Assembly: GCA_905178155.1 (NCBI GenBank)
Contig: CAJINV010000001.1
Location: 13,266,635-13,330,634, forward strand
Reading direction: 5' to 3'
DNA from: Amoebophrya sp. A120
Lineage: Eukaryota > Protista > Dinoflagellata
Length of the DNA: 64,000 nucleotides
This document shows, piece after piece, positions 1 through 14,446 of the stretch. The notes below the pieces were generated by a model. It had not been told where the DNA came from and ran no database searches. It saw only the letters and a list, made by a program, of their open reading frames with translations. Numbering within the stretch: the stretch's first letter is position 1; every line of letters starts with the position of its first letter. Made by a program: the position numbers and the translations under genes.

Positions 1-2788
1 ACTTCTCCGCCCGTCGTTCGATTTCCTTCTGCTGCGGCCCGCCCTCGTTTTCGTCGTGCTCCTCGAAGCGCTGCACGAAGTAGGCTAAGACTCGGTCCGC
101 GACCACGGCGCGTTGCGCGATGTACAGCCCCTCGTGGGACTTCAAGGTTTGCCGGATGTTATCCAGATCCGCCCGCAACATGTCGCTTGCGGAAGTGATG
201 ATGTACAGCGCCGTCGGGGCGGCGGTGTTCTCCACCTTCGTTCCTAAAACGTCGTAGATGGTCAGGAACCGCGCCAGGAAAAATTGCTCCAATTGCGCGA
301 TCTCCTCGATGGCGTTTATCAGCATCTGGTTCTTCTGTCGCAGAGGCATGGAACTCTTCATGGTCTCCTCCGACAAAACCGTCTGCAAGCGGTGCTGACG
401 GAGCAGCTCCCACAGGCCTCGGACGTAGCGGACAATGTCGAGCGTGACCGTGCGGACTAGGGAATTTACCGTTGAATTGCTGCTGCGGAAGTAGTTCATG
501 GAAATGTGCCGAGCGCGCTGCAGAATATGCCGATCCTGCGGGAATTCGCCCAGGGGCTCGAAGATAAAGGCGCGCGGCACCAACTCATCTTTCGTGCTCA
601 GGGTTCCAAAACCCTCCGTCAACGCCGCGTGGTGGTCTCGGCCCGGCATGAAGTCAAGTAAGCGCTCGCGAAGCAAACCGGTCACGTCTGTTGGTTGGTT
701 TTTTGGATAACGATAAACTACAGTCCATTATACTTACTGGTTCGAAATCCAATTTATTATGCCATAACCAGAAAATCATCAAGAGCGATGCAAAAGCGAA
801 ACATCTTCACATACGACCACATAAGTAGTACCAGGAAATAAAGAAATAACGATCCAAAGTTGTCCTATCTATAAGTCAGAAAAAGCCTACCGGTGGTGCC
901 CCCCTGTTTCAAACGGTGGATTTCGTCTCTTCTCAACCTTTCCAAGTCGTAGACGAAGCAGTTCTTCATGAATTCGCGCACCGCGTTGATCAGAGTGCGG
1001 TATTTGGCCGCGATCCTAGGTTCGTCGCGCTCCAGCGTCCCCGGGAGGAGGCCCATGTTGTCCCCGCCCTCCGGAAGTTTCTCCACTGCGTTCTGGTAGG
1101 CGCCGGGAAGCCGGCGACGGAAGTCCTTCTCGGCCTTGTCCAAACTGTCCTCAAACAGCCTACGAGTCTCGGACAAAAAGTTGGAGATCGACGCGTTTTC
1201 GACACTGTAGAACTGGGCCTCGGCCTGCTCGGGCGTGAGGCCCTCCTTGGCCGCCTCCTCGAGCCGTTTCTTGGCGATCTCGCGATCCTGCTGCAAGGCG
1301 TCCCGCAACTGCGCGAAGATGGTCCGCTCGTCGCACACCAGCGTGATGTAGTGCTCGATGTACTCCTCGATCATGTGGCGCTCGTGCTTGTGCAGCCCGG
1401 GTTCCCAGGGGAGCCGGCTAATGTCAATTTCTTTGGGGTTCAGCTGCCGCTGGTCCGCCGGGTCGTTGATGGACCTACCGCGCAGAATCCGGCGGTACAC
1501 GTTATCCACCATGTCCCGGGCCGCCTTATCGATGAAGTCCTGCCGGGTGATCTCGGTGTGCGCGCGCTCGTCGACCTGCCGTGTGACGGCCATAATCACG
1601 TCCGCGATTGCCTGGTCGTCTTGAAAACTCGGGTCCTGCTCGTAGACGTGTTGCTTCGCCAGCGACATCAGCTCGAGCAGCGTCGCCTGCGCGTTAATCC
1701 TGCCCTTCTTGCTGTCGGCGTCCTCGTAAAAATCGGTCCGGACATTGACAGTTTTCAAATGTTCGATGAAGAAATTCGCAAACTGCCGCACGTCCACCGC
1801 CGAGCGCTTGTGCGCGTTTTCCAGCACGTCGACCGCGTGGGGAAGCAGGTACTGGAGGCACTTCTGGAAACCCTCGTCGGGATCCGGAATGGCGGTGTCC
1901 TTTAGGGCCTTTAACGCGTTCCTGTACTCCTTATCCCACTGCTTCATATGCAGAGCATCCCGGTCAACCAACTTCTTCATGGCGCGTTGCCTGTTGTGCG
2001 TCGTCGATGAAAAATTGAGATCTATCTCAGAAACAGAGTTTGTGTGTACAACCGGATCAGGCACATTTCCATTTAGTGATCGAAGTCAAAAGACACTTGT
2101 TGTGACAAAAAAAACGCACTATTTCAGGAGCTTGCACTATCTAAACACAAAAATCTTACCTTGCCGCTTCCTCCTTTCTTGACCACTGGGTAAACATGTA
2201 CCACCGTAGGAGAAGGGCTCGCAGGTTAAACCATCTCTTCCACTGGACGGACGATAAAAGCGTTCTCTCGAGGAATCTGGCGTAGGAAAATTTCTTGTCG
2301 ACGATCTGCCGTTTCCAGAGCACGAAGGTGTGCTGCAGAACGATGTAGCCCAAAAAATGCTCGTAGTTCATCAACCCGCCTAATAATCGCTTTTGACTGT
2401 TGCTGCGAAACTTCGTGATAGCGTGGAGTTCGTCCACGGAGTGCCCGCCGAACGCGCGCTTGTACTGGGTGTAACTCAGCTTCTGCAGTTGCCCGGGCTG
2501 CGGCAGGTTCTCCGGGATCAACTCGATGAGCGGGGGCCCCTTCGCGAAGTCCACCGCGATCTCCTTCTTCATTTCGGCAATGTGCACGTCCGCCTTGGCC
2601 ATGTGGCCCGCGAAAATCCCGGCCAGCCGCTCCACCTCTTCCACCGCCTCGTCCAGCGACGCTTCCACCTGCCGGGTGGGCTCGTTCTTCTGGTGCAGCA
2701 AAAACCGCTGCATCCGGAAGGCCGTCTCGCCCTGGGGGACGCGCTTCGTCTTGGTCGCATAGTTGGCAGTTTTGTCGGCCACGTCCAT
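1..2788 (-). CDS. Large hypothetical helical/coiled-coil protein; 3 exons visible, runs off the window start
   Basis: ATG at 2788 (MDVADKTANY). GT-AG introns 1991-2159 and 688-890 join ORF 2156..2818, ORF 865..2064 and an open frame from 687 to <1 in frame (EEAAR|QRAMKK; GTT|DVTGLLRERLLDF). Confidence 0.7.
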
Positions 2789-3744
2789 TTTGTCACGATG
2801 TAGTACTGTGAGCACCAAAGAAAAGGAAATTTATTACGACTCGCCCGGTCGTGACAAAAAAATGGGCAAAGCCGCCCTGGAAGGAAAAGAAATTGGGGAA
2901 AACAAATGTTGTGATGGTATCGAAATATTTCTCGTTTTTGAATGTTAAATAGACGAGAATATTGGGGGGTTCTATCTAGTGGCTTAGCAACACCGAGGTA
3001 TTGCAAAACCTGTCACGGACAAGTGTGGGTTTGATAGTTGTACATTCAAGGTCAGATGAAGCGACGGAGACGGACTAGAATCACGACAACGAAATCAAGT
3101 GGATTTTCACATGACAATAGTATCAATTCTTGCACGAAACGCGTGGGCAAAAGGATGGAATTTCAAAACGAACGGTGGTGGAAAACGAACCACGGTCAAC
3201 GCACGAAGAGGACGATGGGGTGACTTACCTTAGTACAAGGGCAACGAGAATTGACCGATTTCTTGGCTGGCGTTCGATTGTAATGCGATTGTTAGTGCAC
3301 ACAAAAAGTTTGCCTTTGGCATGCTACACTTGCACGAATATCAATACGAGTGACAGGTTGCTGCTGTTGAAATGCGTCGTGCCTTTTTGCGTGCGGCTGA
3401 GGAAGCAGATGTACGGACTCTGATGCCGGTAGAGGGTGAACAGTAACGCACAGCAAAAAACCCGGCCGCCAGAGCGAACTACGTTTATGAGAATGTAGAT
3501 AGCAGCCAGCTGCTGCTCTCCATTCGTCGGTGATTGTGATTTTTGTTCCTACCAGAAGCAGATGTTGTGACCAAATGCAAACAGTTTAGTGTACACGATA
3601 AGGAGAAGCAAAATGTACATGAAATTCGATAGATTGTGTGGAATGTCAATCTTCCTTTGAAAGCTAGACCCTAGTCCGTCGACCATGAATTAATGTTGCT
3701 GGAATCGTGTTTGGAACCTGGATGATAGCACTTGCATCTTTCAA

Positions 3745-4236
3745 TCACCAACCCAATGCCTGGAACCTGGGCGCGTTCTGCCGGTGCGCGTCTTCCATGT
3801 GTTGCGACAAGCTTGCAAACTTTGAAAAGTTCTTTCCGCAGGTGGGGCAGTTGTAGGCGTTATTCGGAACGTAATTCGGATTGACCTCGTGCGTGAAATC
3901 TCGGTCACAAATGGCATGATTCAAAAAGTTTGGAGCCTGATTACGCACGAACTGGTACGTCAGGCCAGCTGCTTGCCCCGGGTTCCGGCATTTGGTGCAG
4001 TTACCACCTTCGAAGTGGAGGGCCACACCCGTTGCGGAGTGGAAGCGTTGCTCGCCGCACACCGGACACGCGAGATTGCGGGGGCGGTGCGTCTTTGCGT
4101 GCTGCGCCAGATTGTTCTTGTTGGATTGCCAATTGTTGGCGCCAGATTGAATGCATCGTCCACAATCGTCACACCACACCGCGTTGCAATAATCGCTGTG
4201 ATGCCCGTACCGCTCGCACTCATCGCACCACACCAT
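3745..4236 (-). CDS. C2H2 zinc-finger protein
   Basis: Motifs CDDC..HAKTH, CPVC..LHFE..C and CPTCGKNFSKFASLSQHMEDAH. Likely start MVWCDEC at 4236. Confidence 0.8.
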   Translation of the reverse strand: MVWCDECERYGHHSDYCNAVWCDDCGRCIQSGANNWQSNKNNLAQHAKTHRPRNLACPVCGEQRFHSATGVALHFEGGNCTKCRNPGQAAGLTYQFVRNQAPNFLNHAICDRDFTHEVNPNYVPNNAYNCPTCGKNFSKFASLSQHMEDAHRQNAPRFQALGW

Positions 4237-5322
4237 TTTTGTTGGTTCCTTTTCGTCGTGTAGGTATCTACTAAGTGAGAATACGATCAAAATGTCGCTC
4301 AAGGGCCAGCTGGGTAGAGATCTGAGAATTGTGAGTGGCCAAATGGTGCGCGGAAAACACAGACACAGAATACAAATAAGGTAATTGTCTATAAAAAACA
4401 GTTGTTATCCCTATCGAAAAAACAGAGGTAGCTGCAATAGCCCATATGAAGCATAGTACCACTTTCCCTAAAGCTAAACCTAACCCTGAAAGAATGGATC
4501 GCAAATAAAAGCAGTGTCCATGAGCATGATTGATCTAGGTCATTGCGGTAGAATGATCTTGTCATATTGTCAGAGCTAGATCAATGCATTTCAACACTAT
4601 GTCTGAAGAGGACCACGACGGCTACTTAAACACGACTTCGCCTGCCTCGGCCGCGTTTCCTCACTTCCCATGTATCTGGATAGAGGCGTCACTTCGAACT
4701 CGGTGCAGCATTTGTTCATTTGGTGTTTTGTTGAAGTTCTTCATCTTTCGCCTCCCTTTCCAGGAAAAGCCGAAAGTCCCTTGGTGCAGCGCACCCCCTA
4801 GGTTTTTTTAGAGAGGTTTTTGTTGCTGTTGGAAGTTGATCGGCACGGGGAGCCGATGGGTTTCGAGTTCCGGTCATTTTAGGGTCTTGGACATAATTCC
4901 AATTCGTGGTACGCGAGGGGACGCGTGCAAGTACTGTATTTAGAATTTTCGTCATATTTCGTATCTTTAGATGTGGTGTGAATTCAAGATCGTTTTTGAA
5001 GAACTACGGAGAGATGATGTACTAGATGAAAGCAGACAGACAAAGCTCATGCTCAAGTGCTCCTACTGTCGCACATTACTTGACCATGCCCTGCTAGTCC
5101 TACCCAACCGTGATGGCGGGACGCTTTCCGCCTGAGTCTCTTCCAAGCTGCCCACCGCGTCGCGATGGCTTCACAGCCACCGTGGCTGGAACTCCGAATC
5201 GGAGTCGCCCGGCTGTACGCACTTGAGCCGCGAATCCCGTGCTGCACTGGTGCATTTGCTTCACTACTATCACCATCAATCCCCGCCAATCGCCAGTCCC
5301 TACAACTCGTTCTTGCCGTGTC

Positions 5323-8300
5323 TCATGTGATGCTTTCCAGGTCGTAGTCCGTTTTTTCGTATTTTGCAAGCGAGTAGTCGCTCGTCAAAAACCGCAGATC
5401 GCCGTTGAGTTGTCGCAGCATGCCCCGCCGCAGCGTACCTTCGTCTATGTTCTTCATCCAGGAAACGATTACCTCTTCGCTCGTACTCCTGCTTCCGATG
5501 GCCAACAGAGGGTACGGCATCTCAGTGTCCAATATGAGTGCCATTTTCGTCTCCGAAACTGGCTGGAGGGAACGCAGGGTGACGGCCGGTAAACGACCTC
5601 GGAGGTAGTCGATGTGGGCGAGCAGGGTTTTGGTCGGTACGAAGTTGAACGCAGAGGATGTAGTAGCGTCATTGTAGGTGGAAAACGTCTCCACCACGAA
5701 CCCGGGGAGAATGGCGCCCTTGCTGAAGCCAATGGACAGCTGCACGCCGTGCACGCGGAACTCCGCGGCGGAAACTCCTTTTGCGAGTTGCACCGCGGTC
5801 GGCGCGGTCGCAAACGCCGGCCAGGAGGACAGCTGTTGCTGTTGCACCGCCGCAGTCAAAGCGGTGCCAAAGGAGCCGCCTGCGGTTGGGGACAGAACTT
5901 TCAGCGTCACGTTGTTCGCGACAGTGACGGTGGTCGGAGAAGAGGCCAGAGCGCTCGCCTCGTTTGTCAAATCGGTCAAAGCAGTCGTATCCGCAATCGG
6001 CAGACAGCCTAGACCAACCGGCTCCCCGTGGTTCGCTACGAAACTTGCGATATCGAATCCGGGCGGGAAAAGTGCGGGCGAGAGGAACTTCGACGTCGCA
6101 CCGTTTTGCTGGTACACGTGTATCCAGGAGGCCGTTGCCGCGGTCGGACCCGTGCTACTTCCGGCGAGCAGCCCCGCAATCAGCAGTGGTGACGAAGCAG
6201 AACTCGTGTCTGCAGCGAGACCGCACACGTCTCGAAACTGGGAGCCTTGCGCGAAGCTGTGCGCTGCAGCGGCTTGTCCCTTCTTCTGCGTTCGGAGTTC
6301 GGAATCGGCGATTAAGAACAGCATGTCGTCCAGAAACAAATCTGCGCCGCGCGTCAAGAACTCGCTGCCGGGAAACGTGAACTGACCAGCGCCACTCTGT
6401 GCAGTTTTGATCACTTCGTACGCCCCTTCCCGCACGGCGTCGATGGTCGCGAAGACTAGCGCAACGAGTACCAGCACGAAGAGCAGGCCCGGCGTGAAGC
6501 GGTAGGGCAGTTTGTCGAAGAGCACTGTGTTTTCCAAATAGCGAAACTCCCGACCAATCTCCTCTAGCGGCGTGTACTCCAGAGTGGAAACGCCCGATTT
6601 GTTGAACGCATTCGCCTTGAGCTCGTCCACCTCGTCGACCTCGTAATTCAACCCCGGTGCCGGTATGACTAGCGCACTCGACGAGGGGCCGCCGGGGGCA
6701 CCTCCGTATGGTGGTCCTGAGTTGTCGTGTGGTACGGCAAACGAGGGCTTCTTCGGCTTCATCAACCAAGTGGATACTGATGTGTAAGTGTAGTTCCAAG
6801 GCTGGTCGTGCGGCAAGCGCGTTGGGTCACCGATCATGGTTGTGTCCTCCGCATCTTCCCTTGGTGCCTGGTACATGTGCTGCCGGTACCGTCGCACGGA
6901 CACCTCGTATTTGTGCCTTCGCTTCAACAACCCTTCCAGCAAAACCAGTCCGGACACGGTGATGGCGCTCATGGTGCAAAACGCTACCGCTACCGAGCTG
7001 GTACCGAACTTCAGCTCCATGGGACGGACAAGTCGCGTCTGAGACCGGGCGATCACCAGACACGCGGCGCAGCCCAGCAGAATCCACGTGCCAAGCATGA
7101 AACAAAACTGCGCGACGTTGTCGTACGGCTTGCACCAGTTGCGGCGAAGCAGGTCGAGCTTTTTGCTGAGGTATTTGTCCTGCCAAAGCCGAACGTCGAG
7201 CAGCCCCTGGTAGCTGCGCTCAATGTCGTGCAGCTCGCGCATCAGCGCTTTCGCTCGTCGTGTGTCTTCCTCCACACCTTTGGTATTTGTGGGCGTCGGC
7301 ACATCCTCCGGCCGCTGAATGCCGTCCTCCTTGGAGACTTGTGAGGGCGACGAGGGTGTGAGCATGATCTCGCTCGTCCTTGCCCAGGGCCGGTCCATCC
7401 CGAGTCCTCTGTTCTGCGAAAATAGGGCGGTGGAAGAAAGTGCCATTTCGTGACTGCGGTTCCGTTCGATGCGACCAATCGTTTTATTGGGCACCAGCTT
7501 TGGGTTCTTACTGTCCAGCGGCGTCCCTGCGGCAACATCTTCCGACTCAGGCTCCTGTTCTACCGGCCCGCTCGCCTCGGCTGCCGAGGATCGGACACTG
7601 GAACGCAGTATTCCGCTGGCGATTAACGTTTGGGCGGCGTTGTGCTCGTTGAACCTACCGCTGCCCGCGGTCGTTGCAAACGCCTCGTCCACAGGCGAGA
7701 CAGTCTCTGGGCTTTCGGACGTCGCCTCGCCGCTGTGCTTGGGTGGCTTGCGGTAAAACAGTTGCCCAATCGTCTGCATCCTGCGGAGCCCCGGTGGATG
7801 GTGCATGTCTCCGGGATCCTGCTGTCGGCCCACGATGGAAGCGGACGAAGAGCTTAGGGAGGACTGGTCTTCCGTTCGGTGACTCCCTTCGAGGAAGAGA
7901 GGACGCTTGTCGTTCGTACTGGAGGAGCGGGCTAGGCCGCGTGAACGTGATCTGAGAGCGGATAGAAGGATTTTCAAAGCAAGAACAGGCATCAGTTTCT
8001 TGAAGATCTTGTTTCACATGCATGATGGTAGGGTTGAAAGAACCAAAGAGAACAAGCATCAGCACGTGCTTACTTCTTATCCCCACGACTTACTCCGTTT
8101 CGACTGCGACACACTCCTGCTCCAGTAGTCTTCGACCTTCGTGGCGAGGACGCGCTCCGTCGCCGCGGGCAGGGGTAGGAGTACCCCAGCCTCCGGTCCA
8201 CCCACTCCAGCGATTCGTAGCCGAGTTCCGTTCCACCAAGTTTCCCCGATCGCAGCAGCATCGAGCCAAACTCCGATCCAAACGGCGAAGCGTCCTCCCC

Positions 8301-9708
8301 ATTATCCTCGTCTTTGGAACTACTGCGCTCGGTGCGCTGATCCTCCTCTTCCTCTTCGAAGCTCTGGAAGCTCGTGTTTGTGCCGTCAGATCCTGCTCCT
8401 CCCGGTAAAAATGTGACCGGGCGGCTGGTGGACGAGGAAGAGCCTCCTTGCTGCATCCTTCGGTTCCTCATGTTCGAGGTATGGGTAACAGTATTCCCGG
8501 ACGACGCGGTGGAAGACGACATTGCCGTGTTGCTTCGCATTTTGTAGTTCCCCGAGTCGTTGTACGACCAGTCCCGAGTACCTTTACCACCAGTAGAAGT
8601 GTCTGGCTCCTTGCTCTCCGGCTTCTTCAGCTGCCTTGCGATGGCAATCTGGCGTGGCAAGGACTGCACTTTCTTCAGTCGCGTTGGATGACTGACGTCG
8701 TCACAGGCTGCGACGGTCACCTTCGCACGGTTGCAGTGCTTGTACTGCTCCGAAACGCGAAAGCGCCGGTCGAGATTCAGCGCGCGGTGGATCGCCGTGC
8801 GCATTTCGTTCACAATCGTCCTTCCGACACGAAACCGCAGAACCATAGAGTACCGAACGGAAAGAAGCAGCGTCGCAAGGCTGTAGTTTTTGTATGAGTC
8901 GGATGTTTCACTTTCATTTGAACTTCGGGCATCACTAGTATGAGGAACGAAGACACAGACGCGGCCATCATGCACTGAATTGCAAGTCAAGGAAAAGCTG
9001 GAAAACAAACCCAGTACCAGATACTCAGGCTGCACATGTAAAGTTGCGCCAAGACCGGGTGCTCCAAGATCATTTCGTCCGGCAACGGACCTTCGATGAG
9101 CATGGTAAAGGCCACACCCAAGATCAAAGTGTTGACGATCAACACGGTTTCTGCCTTCTCCGTGATCTGCGACCACTCGTCCCGCAGGTTTTCCCGGATC
9201 GCCGAACGCTATGCATTGCAAATATGTCTGGGTCTGGAAAAATTGGAATCTGTATTGCGTGTCTTGCACTCCTGTAAATTCTGTATTGTGCGACCGACAA
9301 AAGCGCGAATTCTTTGTCATGCAAAAACGCAGTTTCTCGTGCGCATTACACATGAGGAAGCGTCCTGAAAATTTGTCATGCTTGGCTGCACTCAGGAGCA
9401 TCCCCAATCATCGCCACTGAGCATCACAAGTTTCCAGACCCAGACATTTTTACATTTGATAAACGCCGCTCGGAATCGATGTTTTCCTCGTGCTGCACTT
9501 TGGCCTGCAGCATCTCGCGGGCATGCTGGTCGTTGCTCTGCTTCACGTCCACGCGGTGAAACTCCTTGTTGGCTTGCGTCTCGCATTCGTGGATGCGAAG
9601 TGATTGAAGAATGGATTCCTTGTGCAGGTGGTTGGCACGCAGGTGCTCGTTGTATTCGAACCCGAGGTTCACCAGCGGCGTCGCCGCGTCGATGAACGTC
9701 GACAACAT
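5323..9708 (-). CDS. Multi-pass membrane protein of unknown function (~1290 aa); 4 exons, one introner
   Basis: Removing introner 9210-9461 (+1 TSD) and GT-AG introns 8881-9017 and 7952-8073 gives one frame: IDSERRSAIRENLRDEWSQITEKAETVLIVNTLILGVAFTMLIEG...SLSICLATLLLSVRY...GDKKSRSRG...FCFMLGTWILLG. The last join is inferred from phase compatibility only. Confidence 0.65.
9210..9461. mobile_element. Introner-like TIR element, family A (252 bp), TSD AACGC
   Basis: Left TIR TATGCATTGCAAATATGTCTGGGTCTGGAAA; right TIR TTTCCAGACCCAGACATTTTTACATTTGATA. AACGC at 9205-9209 and 9462-9466. Removal restores the ORF. Confidence 0.92.
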
Positions 9709-10725
9709 TTTTTTCTAGATTGCTGTCGTGGTGAAGAGAAGAAGTGTTGTCTATTGCATTCTTGCGTACGTAGTTGTACTTGGCTGAGTATTCGATAACT
9801 CACTGATCATTTCAATAGGACCAGCGGGCAGCGCACAGATATCAAGGCGAGACCTAGATGTATTACGACACCGGGCTTATTAAAGAAACTGTAACCCGAC
9901 AAAGCTCGTGACTGACTCCAATTAGCATCAGGTGTATGCTGGTGCTAGGGATCTTGATCTTCCATCTCGCAATCGCGAGCGGAATCATAACTCCGACATG
10001 GCAACGAAGAAAACGAAACACGTTGGGCACACGACGCGTGGCACTCCAGCACAGCTATGCCGATGATCAACAATTATCACGATCACAAATCGCACGAGGA
10101 CTACGTGACATGAGCTGTCAAGAGTCAGGATCGTCTTCTTGCGTGCACCAATACCAAGCAGCTATCTCCTCCATGCGATTCTCCACTTCTCCTGTCATAA
10201 CCTACACCCTCGACCTTCGGTCCGACCGCAAACATTCCTTCGCATTCCTCTCGATGTCACTCTACTCAGTAAGCAAAATCGAATAAAGATGAAAGTCAAA
10301 GTTCTTGTGACGCGAAAAGGAAAACAAACAATGGCCGCAGTAGACGTATCCTCCTGCGAGATACTACCCACGAAGTAAGCACATTGTGCCAGTTCGTCTC
10401 AAGAATTGCAAAAGAAAATGCAAACGCGTTGAAAGCGCTTGTCCTTCATGAAATGCAAAATCTTGTGACAATTCGTTTGCGTGATTTTTTACCCGAGTGC
10501 AACATCGTATGACAGTTCATTTGTGACACAAGTTGATGTCAGTAAACGTTCATGATTATTTTCATTGTGGTGAAGTAGTACAAGTAGACCATCGGCACGT
10601 ATCATGCGCTTTTGAAATTCATCTATCAGTCTACAGTTATTGCTGTCTCTCATTATGTGTGTTTATGTATCTGATTGATTCTCATCGTGAGTGCAGTATC
10701 ACTTCACAATATTTCATATTTCCTT

Positions 10726-13387
10726 TCAAAGGAATCTCTTCCCACCTCGTCGCCCGCCTCCGCGCTTTTTCACCCGGTTGTTGTACGTCGCCACCGGGTC
10801 CAGCGGTCCGGTTGGCACTACGCCCGCGCGCAAGTCGTGCGCTATTTTCAAACCGGGATGCTTCTGCAGGCCGAGTCCCTCCGCGAGTTCGTAGGACAAG
10901 ACGGGCATCTGCACCATACCACAGCCGGTCAGGATCAGGTACGCCGCCTGGACGACTTGGTCCTCGGAAAGTTGCAGGACGTTGGTGTACAGCTTGAAAT
11001 GGCTAAGCAACGACGCGAACGCGGCGGCGGCCAACGAATTCATGCTGGTCGAAGACACCCACGACATTGTCGCTGCATTCAGGGCTTCGGAATAGTAGTA
11101 CCGTTGCGTGGTATCGAGGAAGTCGACGGTGTTGCGGTTTGTTGTTGAAAGTCGTCCTCCCGATCGGAAGATTTGTTGTTCTTGTTCTTGTGCGCTACTA
11201 GATAAGGAACCTCGCGACCTCGTCGGTTCGGAATTTCTTCCAAGAAGATCATTTGTTCCCGGGGGCAGCGAAGAAACGACATTGTCCGGCAGCACACCAG
11301 CGAGCTGAAAATTCGCACTGAGAACTTGGACAAACTTCGCCTCGTGGTGCGAGAGCAGTAGGTGTGCGCGGCCTGTTTTCCCGGCCCGAGCGGTCCGCCC
11401 CACTCGGTGCACGTACTGCTCGAAGTTGTGCGGCGCGCAGAATTGCAATACCAGGCTTACGTCTGGATAATCCATACCGCGGGCGGAGACATCACTGGTG
11501 AACAGAATCGACGGTTTGCCGTTCGTGCGGAACTCGCAACTGGTGCGCAAGCGCTGGTGCGCGTCCTTGCGGCTGTGGATCTCTAGTACAGGAAAGCGAA
11601 GCAGCTCGCGGAAGAAGGCTGCCATGAACTGTGTAAGTCGAGCGGTTGGGAAAAAAACCATGATCCGGTAATTGCTGGGATTCTGCTTCAACTCCTCAGT
11701 GAGCGCGTAGTGGAGCGCTGGAAGTAAGGTCTCGGCAGACACAAACTCGGCACTTTGATGCATCTTGTCGGTCCGGAGGTAGGTGCTGTCGTTGTTGTTC
11801 TCACTGGCGTCGCAAAGATCATCATCTACTTCTTCGTCGCCCCACTCATCCGTCTCGTCGTGGTTCTCCATTTTTCCAGAAGGTTTTCGATGGTCTGGTG
11901 CACGCCCATTTTCAGCGTCCTCACCGGCGCGCTCCTGGTCACACTCGACCCGCACCACGGAGCCGTCTATCCAGGAAAAAAAGTGTGTAAGTGTAACTTT
12001 CTTTGAGGAACGGCATCACAAATTTGCTCTACATGACAGAGAAAACCTGTCATGCATGGTTTGTAAAGGAAAACACACATGAAAATAGGACTTCATGGCT
12101 GTCTGGCATGACAGGTGTAACTCTGTTGCATCTTCTGCAACACAAATTTACACTTACACACTTTTTTTCTTGCATACCGTCGATGTAGCGCGCAATGACG
12201 TTGGTTTCCAGCGTCGCCGGCAGTGTGGCAGAAAACAGTAAATACCGCAGATTCGGGTTCTGGTTCGCGGTGGTCAAGTAGGAAAGGAGCCGCTTGAGGT
12301 CACCCAGAAAGCCCAAATCGCACAGTCGGTCGGCCTCGTCGAGCACTACGATTTCCAAGTGCTTGAACAAATCGTGGAAGAACAAGGTCTGCTCAAAGTG
12401 GTCCAGTAATCGCCCGGGAGTGGCGATCACGACATTTGGCTTGCGCTTTTTCAGCTCCACACAGTCCATTTTGCGCCCGCGCAAGCCGCCCACGAGGCAG
12501 CACAAACTTGCGTGCGCCGACTCGTGTGGAGGGTTTGCGGCACCTTTGTTGGCAGGGCTAGTGCTGGAAGTTTGCTTTTTCAGTAACGTCTTTTCCGCTT
12601 CGTGGGCGATTTGCATCGCCAGCTCCCGCGAGGGCGCAATTACCAACGCGCGCACACCGGGTGGCGGTATTTCCGTCATTTCCTCATCCTTGCTTTGGTC
12701 AGATGCAAGGAGCGCCGCGGACTCAGCACTGCATCCGTCAACAACTGATGCGCCGTGGTCAGTAGTTGCCCGACTAAAGAGACCAGGCCCTAGGCGCGGA
12801 TCCCCAAGCTGTTTTAGGATAGCAAGGAGATAGCACAACGTCTTGCCACTCCCAGTGGCGGCGCGCACTAGAATAGACTTGGCATCTTCCCGGAACAGCA
12901 CCGGCAGCGCGTGCCGCTGCGTGTCGGTAAATTTGCGAAAGCCGAGCAGGGGCTCGAGGACGGTATCCCGCAGAGTCCTCAACATCGCATCGTCGGGATT
13001 CCGTTTCGCCGAGACGCTGGAAGCGAACGCAGCGATGCTGCTGGCAGCAGGATCTGCAGGCCTTGCTGTCGCAACGGACGGAGTACTCTGGCAATTTTCA
13101 TTTTCTCCGAGCGGCGCCGTACCGCTCGCCGATTCCGATGCACGGGGGCGATACACCACTTTGCTCACCACACCACGGCTTCCGCCCGGAGGAAGAGGGA
13201 AAATCCGATTGCGCCATGACGGTGGAAAAATCTGACGGCGGCTTGCCGAAGGACAGGGGAGCAGAAGATGTTGGAACCCACCGATGCGGCGCCGAAGTGT
13301 CGAGGATCCGGATCCTCGTAAGTGTAGATGAATTACCATTCTCCTAGCCCCGGCGTATCGTCGCGTATGATTTTCATTTTCTATCAA
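10726..13387 (-). CDS. DEAD-box RNA helicase (MSS116/RH31-like), split by an introner
   Basis: Motifs AATGSGKT, PSRELA, TPGRL, DEAD, SAT, then ARGMD and YVHRVGRTARAG. The halves fuse as ARYIDGSVVRVECD after introner removal. Start codon uncertain. Confidence 0.9.
11968..12176. mobile_element. Introner-like TIR element, family B (209 bp), TSD CCGTC
   Basis: TATCCAGGAAAAAAAGTGTGTAAGTGTAA...TTACACTTACACACTTTTTTTCTTGCATA. CCGTC at 11963-11967 and 12177-12181. Collinear with the 57063-57271 copy. Confidence 0.92.
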
Positions 13388-14446
13388 CTTCTACTACGTG
13401 TTTCTCGTGGGGACTCCATGTGGTCTTCAAACTCTAGATGTATTTCCGCGTCACCACGCTCTGCATACAGCTTCTCGCTCTCCCCCGCTGCTGCCGCAAG
13501 AAGTGGTGTCGCCTTTCGACACAGCAGTGTACTTATTCGCCGTTCGTCCTTGTAAAGAAAGACTATAGAGAAGATCCTTTCCATCCAACCGTCCTTTACA
13601 TACACGAAAGATGACGCACCAGTGACGACGCAAGCGATTTACTTATCTGCGTAGTTTTTACACGATTGATGTGGATCCCAGAAGCAAGTTTCTGATACGC
13701 GAAAAGTCATTTCGATCTGGAACTCGATGTTCATCTACACGTCATCTGCGTCCCTGCTGTAGTGCAGCTCTTGTACCACGGCAGATTGCTTCGTGCAGGG
13801 AAAATCTTGAAGAACCGGCCCTGGTCTATTCCCGATTCTTCAAGTCCAGCCGTGGCACTGCGGTTCCCGCGTTCCGCCCCGGGAAGAGGCTAGAAGTAGA
13901 AGCGCCGAGCCATTCCTGGAACATAGTAGAGCATGATCCAAGGTAGGTGAGACGCACAGCATCAACACAGTTGCGTGGGAAGACTGTGACTGAGCAGTAC
14001 GCGGACGCAGCATAAAAACGGAGGGAAGCAGAAAACACGACTCTATCCTAAACCGGTGGTGCTGCTGAACATGTGGATGTGGCTCCTGCTCTTGTTAGTT
14101 CTTGCTAAAGGTTCTTGTCGAAGGTTCTTCGCTGCCCTTCTCGCTTCTTGAGCTTAATCCTTCGTTTGTCGCAAAGTCAGATCATCTAAATTTTTTACCA
14201 CGACTGTGATTTTTCTCGCCGTCTCGGCTCGGTCTCCAATTCGGTGTAAATCGGACGCAGTTCCGAATGAACTTTCTCGACTGCGGTGTCTTTCGTAGTA
14301 CCGCAGAGCAGTTGTCGAGGAGAAGTGAAAGCACAGTCGAATCGTTCGTCGCCTTTGATACACAAAGTTACAGCCTCCTGCAGCTTTACTAACGTGCACT
14401 CAGCTTCTACACAGAGAACAAGCCGCACAAATAATACAGTGGCTTT

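Noticed and set aside
13806-13844. Small hairpin CTTGAAGAA...TTCTTCAAG
   Set aside because: Only 9-bp arms, with no TAT/ATA ends, no TSD and no internal motif; plausibly chance.
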